DNA from: an uncultured Bacilli bacterium
GTDB lineage: Bacteria; Bacillota_I; Bacilli_A; RF39; UBA660
DNA: 64,000 bases
NCBI GenBank assembly: GCA_963931685.1
Contig: OZ007038.1
Span: 746,940-810,939, forward strand
Direction of reading: 5' to 3'
The first letter of the stretch is position 1. Every line of letters begins with the position of its first letter. Under the pieces are notes generated by a model, which saw nothing but the letters and a program-made list of their open reading frames with translations, did not search any database and was not told the DNA's origin. A program made the translations under genes and the position numbers. Shown here one piece after another: positions 9,073 to 18,033 of this stretch.

Positions 9073-9372
9073 ATGTCTAAAAAAGAAATTGTTGATTATC
9101 TAAAAACATTAACTATTGCAGAAATAATTGATTTATTATTAAATTCTAATTTAAAGGATGCAAAGCAAAATAAAAAGATAGTTTACACTACTGAAGAAGT
9201 TTTACAAAACTATCCAATGTTTAGCAGATATACTTTAAATAAAGCAATTAAAGAGCAAAAACTACCTTTTTATCGTGAGGGACATAAAATGTTTTTTGAA
9301 AAAGATTTAATCGACAAGTGGGTACAAGAACATACTTCTACTTTTAGTTATAAGGATAAATATAGACTATAA
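9073..9372 (+). CDS. xis: excisionase-type HTH protein (second copy)
   Basis: ORF-track 9052..9372. AGGAGG precedes ATG 9073. Paralog of 3188..3484 (YTTEEVLQNYPMFSRYTLNKAIKEQKLPFY). Confidence 0.7.
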   Translation: MSKKEIVDYLKTLTIAEIIDLLLNSNLKDAKQNKKIVYTTEEVLQNYPMFSRYTLNKAIKEQKLPFYREGHKMFFEKDLIDKWVQEHTSTFSYKDKYRL

Positions 9373-9386
9373 GGAAAAATTATATT

Positions 9387-10679
9387 ATGAGTGAAAAGAA
9401 AAAATATCCCTATACAATCGAACCTAACATTATAAAACTAGGTACTGATTATTATAGAGTTTTAATAAAAAAAGGTAGTGGTAAAAATCAAAAATCATTT
9501 TCTGAATATGTAAGAGGAAAATTAAAGGATGCTCGTGAAGTAAAACGTAAAGGTTTTGCTGAAATTGAAAAAGCTATAACTTATGATAAAGATAAAAAGA
9601 AAATGACATTATATGAATTTTGTAAAATATGGTTAGATTTTTGTAGAGAACAAAAATTAAGTCCAACTACTATTAGAGGTTATAAAGATAGACTAAATAA
9701 TTATATTCTGCCAACTTTGGGGGGATATAAACTAAATAAAATTAATGCCGAAGTTATTGACAGATTAATGATTGATTTGTTAAACCAAGATAAACAAACT
9801 TTAAATAGTGATGGCGAAGTTGAAAAGCTATCTTCTTCATCTGTTAATGGTGCTTACAGAGTATTAAGAAACGTTTTAAATGTTGCTGTAAAATGGGATT
9901 ATATAGAATATAACCCTATTTCTAAAGTTGATTGTCCATCAGCTAAACCCCGTAAAGAAAAAGATACTTGTAATAAAGAAGAATTGCTAGGTATTTTAAA
10001 ATTATTAAAGGATTATGATAAGAAATATACAGCAATGTTTATGTTATTTATTTGTACTGGTGAACGTCGTTGCGAAATTAACGGAATACATCTTGAAAAG
10101 ACAAGAAAAGAGGAAAGTAATATTGATCTTAATGCAGAATTTATTAACGATAAAGGCGAAAAAGTTAAAGGTGGTCTAATATATGTTAAGCATTCCGTTG
10201 TTTATGATAAAGATTCAAAGCAAATAGTAGAAAGAGATATACCTAAAACTGAAAAAGGGATAAGAGGTATTCCTATTCCTATGTTTTGTGTAGAAGCTAT
10301 AAAAGATTGTATTAAATATCGTGAAACGGAAGTTAAATTAATAAAAGAAAAATATGGAAAAGATACAAAAATTGTACCTAACTTATTTTTAGGTAAAATG
10401 GGAGGATATATGTTTCCTGATACTTTATCTCATAATTGGACTAAATTTAAAAACAAAAATAAAGAAGAATTAAAAAAGATAATTGGTAATAAAAATATTA
10501 CACTACATGGATTAAGACATAGTTATTGTACCTATATGAGAATTGAGGGTAAATTTGCCGACAAAGAGATAATGGATCTAATGGGTCATACAGCAATTAA
10601 AACCACTGATGGCTATACTCATTCTAATAGAGAGATTGGCGATAAAGTTATTGAAATGTGGGATGACTTTACCCTTTAA
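9387..10679 (+). CDS. int: tyrosine-type site-specific integrase (second copy)
   Basis: 430 aa, collinear with 3494..4774 and sharing the same catalytic motifs (HGLRHSYCTY, LMGHT, GYTH). Confidence 0.9.
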   Translation: MSEKKKYPYTIEPNIIKLGTDYYRVLIKKGSGKNQKSFSEYVRGKLKDAREVKRKGFAEIEKAITYDKDKKKMTLYEFCKIWLDFCREQKLSPTTIRGYKDRLNNYILPTLGGYKLNKINAEVIDRLMIDLLNQDKQTLNSDGEVEKLSSSSVNGAYRVLRNVLNVAVKWDYIEYNPISKVDCPSAKPRKEKDTCNKEELLGILKLLKDYDKKYTAMFMLFICTGERRCEINGIHLEKTRKEESNIDLNAEFINDKGEKVKGGLIYVKHSVVYDKDSKQIVERDIPKTEKGIRGIPIPMFCVEAIKDCIKYRETEVKLIKEKYGKDTKIVPNLFLGKMGGYMFPDTLSHNWTKFKNKNKEELKKIIGNKNITLHGLRHSYCTYMRIEGKFADKEIMDLMGHTAIKTTDGYTHSNREIGDKVIEMWDDFTL

Positions 10680-10685
10680 AATACT

Positions 10686-10735
10686 GGGAACTGATTAAAG
10701 TAGAACAACTTTTTAATTAGTTCCCATTTTTTTTG
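10686..10735 (+). terminator. rho-independent terminator after the second int
   Basis: GGGAACTGATTAAAGTAGAACAACTTTTTAATTAGTTCCC followed by a T-run. Confidence 0.6.
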
Positions 10736-10740
10736 ATTTT

Positions 10741-10765
10741 AGTACCCATTTTAGTACCCACTTTT
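10741..10765 (+). repeat. tandem AGTACCCA(T/C)TTT x2 (candidate arm sites, second copy)
   Basis: AGTACCCATTTT AGTACCCACTTTT, identical to 4837..4861. Confidence 0.5.
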
Positions 10766-10923
10766 ATTAAAATAATTAAAAATGTTTTAAAATGATTTGC
10801 ATTAATTTAAAATTAATATATAATCAAAACAGTAATGAAATCAAGGAAAAACCTTTACTTTTAAAGGAAATACGAGTAGTTAAAAAAATACTAAAACTGA
10901 TTATTTTATAGAAAAGCAATTAA

Positions 10924-10968
10924 CTTCTAAGGCGTGGGTCGCGAGTTCGAATCTCTCCGGGGACGCCA
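10924..10968 (+). other. att core: second tRNA-Arg(UCU)-like 3' fragment
   Basis: CTTCTAA GGCGT GGGTC GCGAG-TTCGAAT-CTCTC CGGGGAC G CCA. No 5' half upstream. The T stem has one C-T mismatch. Confidence 0.6.
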
Positions 10969-10981
10969 TTTATGAAATTAA

Positions 10982-11007
10982 AACCTTTGAAATTTCAAGG
11001 GTTTTTA
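10982..11007 (+). terminator. rho-independent terminator downstream of the second tRNA fragment
   Basis: AACCTTTGAAATTTCAAGGGTT followed by a T-run. Positionally homologous to 5090..5118. Confidence 0.5.
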
Positions 11008-11062
11008 TGTGCTATATTTTGATAAATACTCCCAAAGATTAAAAATATGCCAATGTTTATCA

Positions 11063-11596
11063 TTAAATTTCATAATATAAAACTTCGCCATTATCTTGCT
11101 GAAAATTAATGATTTCAGATATATCAGATATATGATTTAAATAACTATAAATAGCCTTACATACATCACCATGTGTGACTACTAAAATTGTTTTATTTTT
11201 ATAGTGTTTTTTTATGTCTTCAATAAAATTAGCCACGCGTGTAAAAACGCTTTTAAACCCTTCACAGTCTTCATAAATAATATCATATTTTAAATTATAA
11301 AAATAATTATTATCAACATCTTGAAAATTGTGATACATCATTTTTTTAGTATCTCTTTCTAAGATTCTATTATCATAAATAATATTTTTATTATTTATAT
11401 TAATTATTTTAGCTGTTTCTATTGTTCTTTTTAATGGAGAACAAATAATAAAATCAAAATGAATATTTTTTAATATTTCTGAGGCTTGTTTAACTTGTTT
11501 AATTCCTTTTGCGTTAAGAATACTATCGTTTCTTCCATTTAATAATCCTTTTGCATTAACATCTACTTCACCATGTCGAATTACATATAATTTCAT
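11063..11596 (-). CDS. histidine phosphatase family protein (phosphoglycerate mutase-like)
   Basis: ORF-track 11063..11617. AGGAGA precedes ATG 11596 (MKLYVIRHGEVDVN...). RHG motif at the N-terminus and VVTHGD near the C-terminus. Confidence 0.8.
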   Translation of the reverse strand: MKLYVIRHGEVDVNAKGLLNGRNDSILNAKGIKQVKQASEILKNIHFDFIICSPLKRTIETAKIININNKNIIYDNRILERDTKKMMYHNFQDVDNNYFYNLKYDIIYEDCEGFKSVFTRVANFIEDIKKHYKNKTILVVTHGDVCKAIYSYLNHISDISEIINFQQDNGEVLYYEI

Positions 11597-11611
11597 ATTT
11601 ATCTCTCCTTG

Positions 11612-12710
11612 GAACAAAATACCAAAATAAATTTTGGCACTAGCCTACCTCACGGTAAGCCTTTTCTACTTCACAGAAACCTAAGATTTCTCCATAGACC
11701 AGTATCGGATAGTCTTTTGCCCTAATTTATATTTTATTTATGTCAAAATTTATTGATTAGATACCTTGTTCTATTCCTCTCATATATATTTTTAATCCTT
11801 TAAACATTATATTAACTGCTGCATTATAATCACGTTCATGCTCTGTATGACATACTGGACATTCCCATTTCTTTATACTTAAATCTTTTACTTCTTTATT
11901 TTGATAATTACATACACTGCATATTTGACTGCTTGGATAATATCTGTCTATTTGAATTAGTTTCTTATTATTCCAATCAGCTTTATATTTAAGTACTCTG
12001 ATTATTTCTGATATTGGGTTTTCATTTAATCCTTTTGCTACATAGTGATTCTTCTGCATACTTTTTACATCTAAATTTTCAGTTACTATAATGTCATTTT
12101 CGTTTATTAATTTATTTGTTATATCATGTATCATATGTTTTCTTACATTTCTTATTTTTTGATATAACCTTTGTATTTTTAATTTCATTTTATATCTATT
12201 TTTACTTCCAGACTTACATCTAGATATTCCTCTTTGTAAACATACCATTATAACTACTTTTAATATTATTAATTTTATAACTTTCATGTACTCCTTTAGC
12301 TTTAAATCTAGAATAACCATTTCCGTTAAAAAATCTTTTATAAGCATCTTCTAAATTAAATAGACTTGTTCTAAGTGCGCAGCTATCTACTTCTTTTAAA
12401 AACGGATATTCTTTAAAAAGTAATGGGATTAATTTAATTTGATCATAAGTTGTTTTATTTTTGCCAATTTTTTTATATTCTTTAATTTTATCATCCTAAA
12501 AATGATTATATATAAATCTAGAGCAGCCGAAAGTTTTATTAATTAACTTTTCTTGCTTTTCATTTGGATACATTCTAAACACATAGCCTTTTAGTATTTT
12601 CATAGCATCACCCTCTATCATTATTGTAATCAATATATCATGAATAGTTATATTTGTAAATAACTTTTTTGCAAACTTTTACCTTTTGCAAAGCAAATTC
12701 CTAGTATATA
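11612..12710 (-). mobile_element. decayed TnpB-only IS200/IS605-family element (copy C)
   Basis: Left end ...TATATACTAGGAATTTGCTTTG... and right end ...GCTTACCGTGAGGTAGGCTAGTGCCAAAATTTATTTTGGTATTTTGTTC match copy B. About 300 bp shorter than copies A and B. Confidence 0.85.
11757..12603 (-). pseudogene. tnpB: tnpB pseudogene (premature stop plus internal deletion)
   Basis: From ATG 12603 it reads MKILKGYVFRMYPNEKQEKLINKTFGCSRFIYNHF then TAG. The central part present in copies A and B is missing. ORF-track ORF 11757..12347 keeps only the C-terminal RuvC/zinc-finger half. Confidence 0.85.
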
Positions 12711-12819
12711 AAATAATTTACCATTTTCTTTTAAAACTGTAAAATTTTTATTTATGCGATGATTTTTAGATAAATTTCACAAAAGTTGGTTACTATATTT
12801 ATATAAGAAGGAGATGTAT

Positions 12820-14433
12820 ATGGAAAAAATAAAGAAACATAAAAAGAAAATATTGGTGGGATTTTTAATTTTAATTGTACTGACGTGTGTCAGTTTTTGT
12901 GGTTATAAATATTATCAGCACTATCAAAATACGAGGTTTGAAAATTCTAATTGGTTAAGTAGGCATATAAATTTGGAAGAAAATAATGATGGGGTTTATG
13001 AAGTAAATACAGTTAATACTGATGAAGATATATCTATTTTTAACTTAGTTTATCAAGATACTATAGAAAGTAAAATTAATGAATTAAAAGAAAAAAATAA
13101 CTATTCTTTAGAAAATCCATTAATTATTTACAATCCATATGGTACTGGAAGCCTTTCATATTATGTTTATTTGGGTGATAGTTATGATAATTTAAGTTAT
13201 ACTATAAGTACTGATGGTTATGCGGATTATAGTCATGATTTGGGTGATAATGAGGAATATCAATTAGTTGGATTTATTCCAGGTGAGACAAACACTTTAA
13301 GTATAACTAATGGAAATACAACTTTTGAGACTGAAATTACTACTCCAGAAATTGAAGATGATATTGATATTCAGGTTGAAAAGATAGATGGTGATAGTGA
13401 TAATGAATTAACTGATGGATTATATACAGTACTTGGACATGATAAAAATTATGAGGCAAATATTTATTTATATGATAATGAAGGAATTTTGAGGAATGAA
13501 CTTGTTTTAAATGATTATAGAGCTGATAGAATTATATTTGATGATGGATATATGTATTATCCTTATGAAAGCCGTGGGATAATGAAGGTTGATTCTTTAG
13601 GTAAGATTGTAGAAATGTATGATCTTGGAAAATATAGAATGCATCATGATATGATTTTAGATGGAAATAAATTAGTTATTTTAATAGATGAGGTTGGATC
13701 TGATACTAAAGAAGATGTAATTATTACTTTAGATTTAGAGTCTGGTGATGTTAAAGAAGTAGTAGATATGAAAGATTTACTTCCAGAGCTTTATGAAAAA
13801 GCTATTTTACCAGAAGATAACGAAACACTAGATTGGATTCACTTGAATTGTTTGACCCTTAAAGGTGATGATTTAATTTTGAGTGCTAGAGAAATTTCAA
13901 CAATTGTTTATGTATCTGATTATGAAACTAATCCTACTATTAAGTATTTGATTACTGATGAAAGTATGCTTGAAGGAACATCTTATGATGATTTACTTTA
14001 TGATAAAACTGGTGATTTTGTAGATACTGCTGGTCAACATTCGGTCACTTATATTCCAGGTGAATCTGATAGTGAGTATTATTTGATTATGTTTAATAAT
14101 AACTACGGGTCAATCGTGACAAGACCAGACTTTGAATGGACTAACTACCCAGGTGTTGGGACTTATGAAGAAGGAGATACATCATATTTCTATATGTATA
14201 AAATTAATGAGAATGATGAAACTTATGAACTTGAAGATAGTTTGGAAATTCCTTATTCAAGTATTGTCAGCAGTGTTCAATTTGTGGATGATAATTTAGT
14301 TGTTGGCAGTGGAATGGATAATTCATTTGGAGAATACGATGAGAGTGGTGATTTAATTAGACAGTTTAAATATGGAGCCAAAAAATATGCTTATAGAGTG
14401 TTTAAATATTCATTCGATAATTGGTTTAATTAG
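12820..14433 (+). CDS. arylsulfotransferase (ASST)-like beta-propeller protein, membrane-anchored
   Basis: ORF-track 12814..14433. ATG 12820 is better spaced from AGGAG. N-terminal TM helix. IYNPYGTGSLSYYVY, MHHDM and repeated Gly/Asp-rich blade-like segments. Paralog at 40518..42248. Confidence 0.6.
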   Translation: MEKIKKHKKKILVGFLILIVLTCVSFCGYKYYQHYQNTRFENSNWLSRHINLEENNDGVYEVNTVNTDEDISIFNLVYQDTIESKINELKEKNNYSLENPLIIYNPYGTGSLSYYVYLGDSYDNLSYTISTDGYADYSHDLGDNEEYQLVGFIPGETNTLSITNGNTTFETEITTPEIEDDIDIQVEKIDGDSDNELTDGLYTVLGHDKNYEANIYLYDNEGILRNELVLNDYRADRIIFDDGYMYYPYESRGIMKVDSLGKIVEMYDLGKYRMHHDMILDGNKLVILIDEVGSDTKEDVIITLDLESGDVKEVVDMKDLLPELYEKAILPEDNETLDWIHLNCLTLKGDDLILSAREISTIVYVSDYETNPTIKYLITDESMLEGTSYDDLLYDKTGDFVDTAGQHSVTYIPGESDSEYYLIMFNNNYGSIVTRPDFEWTNYPGVGTYEEGDTSYFYMYKINENDETYELEDSLEIPYSSIVSSVQFVDDNLVVGSGMDNSFGEYDESGDLIRQFKYGAKKYAYRVFKYSFDNWFN

Positions 14434-14436
14434 AAA

Positions 14437-14462
14437 AGACTTACGATTAATTTCGTAAGTCT
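14437..14462. terminator. bidirectional terminator between the ASST-like gene and topA
   Basis: AGACTTACG-ATTAATTT-CGTAAGTCT flanked by an A-run and a T-run. Confidence 0.6.
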
Positions 14463-16488
14463 ATTTTGTATAATCACATTTACTGCATTTAATTGTTCCC
14501 TTTTTTTCGGTAAGCATTTCACCACACTCTGGACATTTTTCACCTGTTGGTTTATCCCAATAGGCTGTTTTACATTTTGGATAATTATTGCATCCATAGA
14601 AGATTTTTCCTTTTCTTGTTTTCTTTTCAATTATTTTTCCATCACAATTTGGGCAATCACAAATAACGATTTCTTCTTTAGGTTCTTGTTTTATATACTT
14701 ACACTCAGGAAAATTACTACATGCAACAAACTGCCCATATTTACCTTTTCTAATTACTAATGGATGGCCACATTCTGGGCACATTTCGCCTGTTTGTTCT
14801 GCTTCTTTTTTAGGAAGCTTATCAAAAGCTTCTTTAACGGCTGGTTCGAATTCTTTATAAAAATCTTCTAAGATCTGATACCACACTTCTTTGCCTTCTG
14901 CTATTTTATCTAAATCTGTTTCCATATTAGCAGTATATTTTACATTTATTATATGATTAAAACATTCTTGAAGTTTATCATTTACTTCAAAGCCAATATC
15001 TGTTGGAACAAATTTACGTTCTACTAGATTAACATATCCCCTATTTTTAATATTGTCGATTATAGTGGCATATGTACTAGGTCTACCTATACCTAATTCA
15101 TCCATTTCTTTAATAAGTTTTGCTTCAGTATATCTAGCTGGAGGCTCAGTAAAGTGTTGTTCTTTAATGATATCATTTGAAACAATTACTTTTGAGTTAT
15201 ATGTATCAAAAGGTGGTAAAATGGTATCTTTTGTTTCCTCGTAATCACTATATACTTTTAAATAACCATCAAAGATAATAACACTACCAGTAGCTTTGAA
15301 GTTATAATCATTATTATTTAATATAACGGTTGTTCCTTCAACTTTAGCTGGAGCCATGATGCTGGCTAAGGCTCTATAATAAATTAATCTATATAATTTA
15401 AATTCGTCATCAGTTAAATATGGTTTAACACTTTCCGGTGTTCTTTCAATACTTGTTGGTCTGATTGCTTCGTGAGCATCTTGAACGTTTTCTGTTTTTT
15501 TACTTATTTTAACTGGCCCTGTATATTCTTTTCCATATTTGTTTTCAATAAATTTATATGTTTCTGATACAAATTCGTTAGAAAGTCTAATTGAATCGGT
15601 ACGCATATAAGTGATTAAGCCAACTGTTTCACTTGCTAAATCTATACCTTCATATAGTTTTTGGGCAACGCTCATTGTTTTTCTAGATGAAAATCTTAAT
15701 CTATTTGAAGCGGTTTGTTGGAGGGTACTTGTTGTAAATGGTGGTTTTGATTGTTTATTTCTTTGTTTTTTATCTACACTTTCAATTTCAAAAGCTTTTG
15801 TTAATTTATCTAAGATGGTGTTTGCTTCACTTTCTGTTTTAATTTCTATTTTTTTATGATTATAAGCAAATAAATCGGCTTTAAAATCTTTGAAGTCGGC
15901 TTCGATAGTCCAATATTCTTCTGGGTTAAAATTATTTATTTCTCTTTCCCTATCAACAATCAATTTTAAAGCAACACTTTGAACTCTACCAGCTGATGAT
16001 CCGTCTGTTTTAGACTGAATTAGTTTACTTAATCTAAAACCGATAATTCTATCTAGTATTCTTCTTGTCTCTTGACTGTTTACTAGATTTTGATTAATTT
16101 TACCTTCATGTTTCATCGCTTCTAAGATAGCATTTTTAGTTATTTCATTAAATGTTACTCTACTATAAGGTTTGTCTTTTAAATTCAAACAATCATAAAG
16201 GTGCCAAGCAATAGCTTCCCCTTCTCTATCGTGGTCGGTTGCGAGATATACTTTACTGGCTTTCTTAGCTTCTTTTTTTAGTTCATCAATAACACTTTTT
16301 TTGCCTTTTATTGTTTTATAATCTGGTTTGAAATGATTTTCAATATCTACTCCTAAACCATATTTACCTTTAGTTGATAAATCTCTAATATGCCCTTTAC
16401 TAGATGATACAACGTAGTTATTTCCTAAATATTTACTAATTGATTTTACTTTTGTTGGAGACTCCACAATCACTAAATCTTTGCCCAT
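14461..16488 (-). CDS. topA: DNA topoisomerase I
   Basis: 675 aa. TOPRIM start (LVIVESPTKVKSI), active-site region (ITYMRTDS) and three C-terminal CxxC...CxxC zinc-ribbon repeats. Confidence 0.95.
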   Translation of the reverse strand: MGKDLVIVESPTKVKSISKYLGNNYVVSSSKGHIRDLSTKGKYGLGVDIENHFKPDYKTIKGKKSVIDELKKEAKKASKVYLATDHDREGEAIAWHLYDCLNLKDKPYSRVTFNEITKNAILEAMKHEGKINQNLVNSQETRRILDRIIGFRLSKLIQSKTDGSSAGRVQSVALKLIVDREREINNFNPEEYWTIEADFKDFKADLFAYNHKKIEIKTESEANTILDKLTKAFEIESVDKKQRNKQSKPPFTTSTLQQTASNRLRFSSRKTMSVAQKLYEGIDLASETVGLITYMRTDSIRLSNEFVSETYKFIENKYGKEYTGPVKISKKTENVQDAHEAIRPTSIERTPESVKPYLTDDEFKLYRLIYYRALASIMAPAKVEGTTVILNNNDYNFKATGSVIIFDGYLKVYSDYEETKDTILPPFDTYNSKVIVSNDIIKEQHFTEPPARYTEAKLIKEMDELGIGRPSTYATIIDNIKNRGYVNLVERKFVPTDIGFEVNDKLQECFNHIINVKYTANMETDLDKIAEGKEVWYQILEDFYKEFEPAVKEAFDKLPKKEAEQTGEMCPECGHPLVIRKGKYGQFVACSNFPECKYIKQEPKEEIVICDCPNCDGKIIEKKTRKGKIFYGCNNYPKCKTAYWDKPTGEKCPECGEMLTEKKGTIKCSKCDYTK

Positions 16489-16705
16489 TAGTTCACTTCC
16501 TTTTTTGACTAATATAACTTATACACTAGTTTATGATGATTGTCAAATATTTTTCTATACATTTCTGAAATAAATTTTTAATAGTTACTATTTTTTATAT
16601 ATAAGGAAAGTGCATTTTTTACCCAAAAACATTCGTTCGCCAAAAAACTTTACAAAATAAATAGTATGTGATATAGTGAATGCAATAATGATAGAAGGTG
16701 ATGAT

Positions 16706-17854
16706 ATGAAAACACTAAAAGGTTATGTGTTTAGAATGTATCCAAACAAAGCTCAGGAAGAACTAATTAATAAAACTATTGGGTGCTGTAGATTTATATA
16801 TAATTATTTTTTAGATGATAAAATTAAAGAATATAAAGAAACTGGAAAAAGTAAAAGTACATATGAACAAATAAAACTAATCCCATCACTTTCTATAGAA
16901 AAGCCATGGCTAAAAGAAGTAGATAGCTGTGCTTTAAGAAATAGTCTGTTTAATTTAGAAGATGCCTATAAAAGACTTTATAACGGAAGTGGTTATCCTA
17001 AATTTAAAGTCAAAGGTGTACATGAAAGTTATAAAACTAATAATATAAAAAATAGTTATAAAGGTAATAATTATAACTCAATCAAATTAGATTTAAAAAA
17101 TAAAACTTTAACACTTCCAAAATTAAAAGAAGTAAAAATTAGAGGATATAGGAATAAAAATATTATACCTGGTGAGGTAAAAAGTGCAGTAGTTAAGAAA
17201 GAGGCCGGTAAATACTATGTAAGTATCTTAATCGAAGAAGAACTAATAAGACCAGAATTTATTCCAACAAGTATAATAGGAATAGATCTAGGGATAAAAG
17301 ATTTAATAGTAACATCATTTAATGAAAAAATAGAAAATAATATAAAACTTAACACAAAAAGAATGATAGGCTTACAAAGAGGATTATCAAGATGTAAAAA
17401 AGGAAGTAAAAATAGATATAAAATGAAATTAAAAATACAAAGATTATATCAAAAAATAAGAAACGCAAGAAAACATATGATACATGATATAACAAATAAA
17501 TTAATAAACGAAAATGACATTATAGTAACTGAGAATTTAGATGTAAAAAGTATGCAGAAGAATCACTATGTAGCAAAAGGCTTAAATGAAAATCCAATAT
17601 CAGAAATCATCAGAGTACTTAAATACAAAGCTAACTTTAATAATAAAAAATTAATACAAATAGATAGGTATTATCCAAGTAGTCAAATATGCAGTGTATG
17701 TGATTATCAAAATAAGGAAGTTAAAGATTTAAGTATAAGAAGGTGGGAATGTCCAGTGTGTCATACAGAGCACGAACGTGATTATAATGCAGCAGTTAAT
17801 ATAATGTTTAAAGGTTTAGAAAAATACATGTTATATCTAGAACAAGGTATCTAA
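16706..17854 (+). CDS. tnpB: RNA-guided endonuclease TnpB (IS1341/OrfB type)
   Basis: ORF-track 16676..17854. GAAGGTGA precedes ATG 16706 (MKTLKGYVFRMYPNK...). RuvC triad contexts IGIDLG, VTENL and ERDYNAAVNI, and zinc finger CSVC...CPVC, are all intact. Confidence 0.9.
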   Translation: MKTLKGYVFRMYPNKAQEELINKTIGCCRFIYNYFLDDKIKEYKETGKSKSTYEQIKLIPSLSIEKPWLKEVDSCALRNSLFNLEDAYKRLYNGSGYPKFKVKGVHESYKTNNIKNSYKGNNYNSIKLDLKNKTLTLPKLKEVKIRGYRNKNIIPGEVKSAVVKKEAGKYYVSILIEEELIRPEFIPTSIIGIDLGIKDLIVTSFNEKIENNIKLNTKRMIGLQRGLSRCKKGSKNRYKMKLKIQRLYQKIRNARKHMIHDITNKLINENDIIVTENLDVKSMQKNHYVAKGLNENPISEIIRVLKYKANFNNKKLIQIDRYYPSSQICSVCDYQNKEVKDLSIRRWECPVCHTEHERDYNAAVNIMFKGLEKYMLYLEQGI

Positions 17855-17996
17855 TCATAAATTTTGACAAAGAAATAATATATAAATTAGGGTAGCGACT
17901 ATCCGATATTGGTCTATGGAGAAGCCTTAGGTTTCTGTGAAGTAGAAAAAGCTTACCGTGAGGTAAGCTAGTCAAAATTTATTTTGACCTTTGTTC
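17855..17996 (+). ncRNA. putative omega RNA scaffold / right-end region of copy A
   Basis: Conserved in all three copies: TTAGGGTAGCGACTATCCGATATTGGTCTATGGAGAAGCCTTAGGTTTCTGTGAAGTAGAAAAAGCTTACCGTGAGGTAAGCTAG plus a terminal hairpin. Assigned by position and conservation only. The 5' boundary probably lies inside the tnpB 3' end. Confidence 0.5.
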
Positions 17997-18033
17997 TTTG
18001 TATAAATGTTACAATGGATTTAAGAGGGATTAT

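Larger units (their letters stand above)
16596..17996 (+). mobile_element. TnpB-only IS200/IS605-family element (copy A)
   Basis: Bounded by comparison with copies B, C and D. Homology starts near TTTTATATATAAGG and ends at TTGTTC (17991..17996). No tnpA (Y1 or serine) gene inside. Confidence 0.8.

Noticed and set aside
14430-14630. 66-aa ORF overlapping the 3' end of topA in another frame
   Set aside because: It lies entirely inside the well-supported topA zinc-ribbon coding region and has no RBS. It is an AT-rich frame artefact.
15053-15859. Antisense ORFs within topA (15053..15244, 15611..15859)
   Set aside because: They lie opposite a high-confidence gene, have Leu/Ile/Phe/Ser-rich composition typical of antisense reading of AT-rich coding DNA, and lack start context.
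16706-17854. TnpB copies as nuclease-dead, domesticated (TldR-like) repressors
   Set aside because: The RuvC D/E/D contexts (IGIDLG, VTENL, RDYNAAVNI) and the zinc finger are intact in copies A and B. The copies retain transposon ends.
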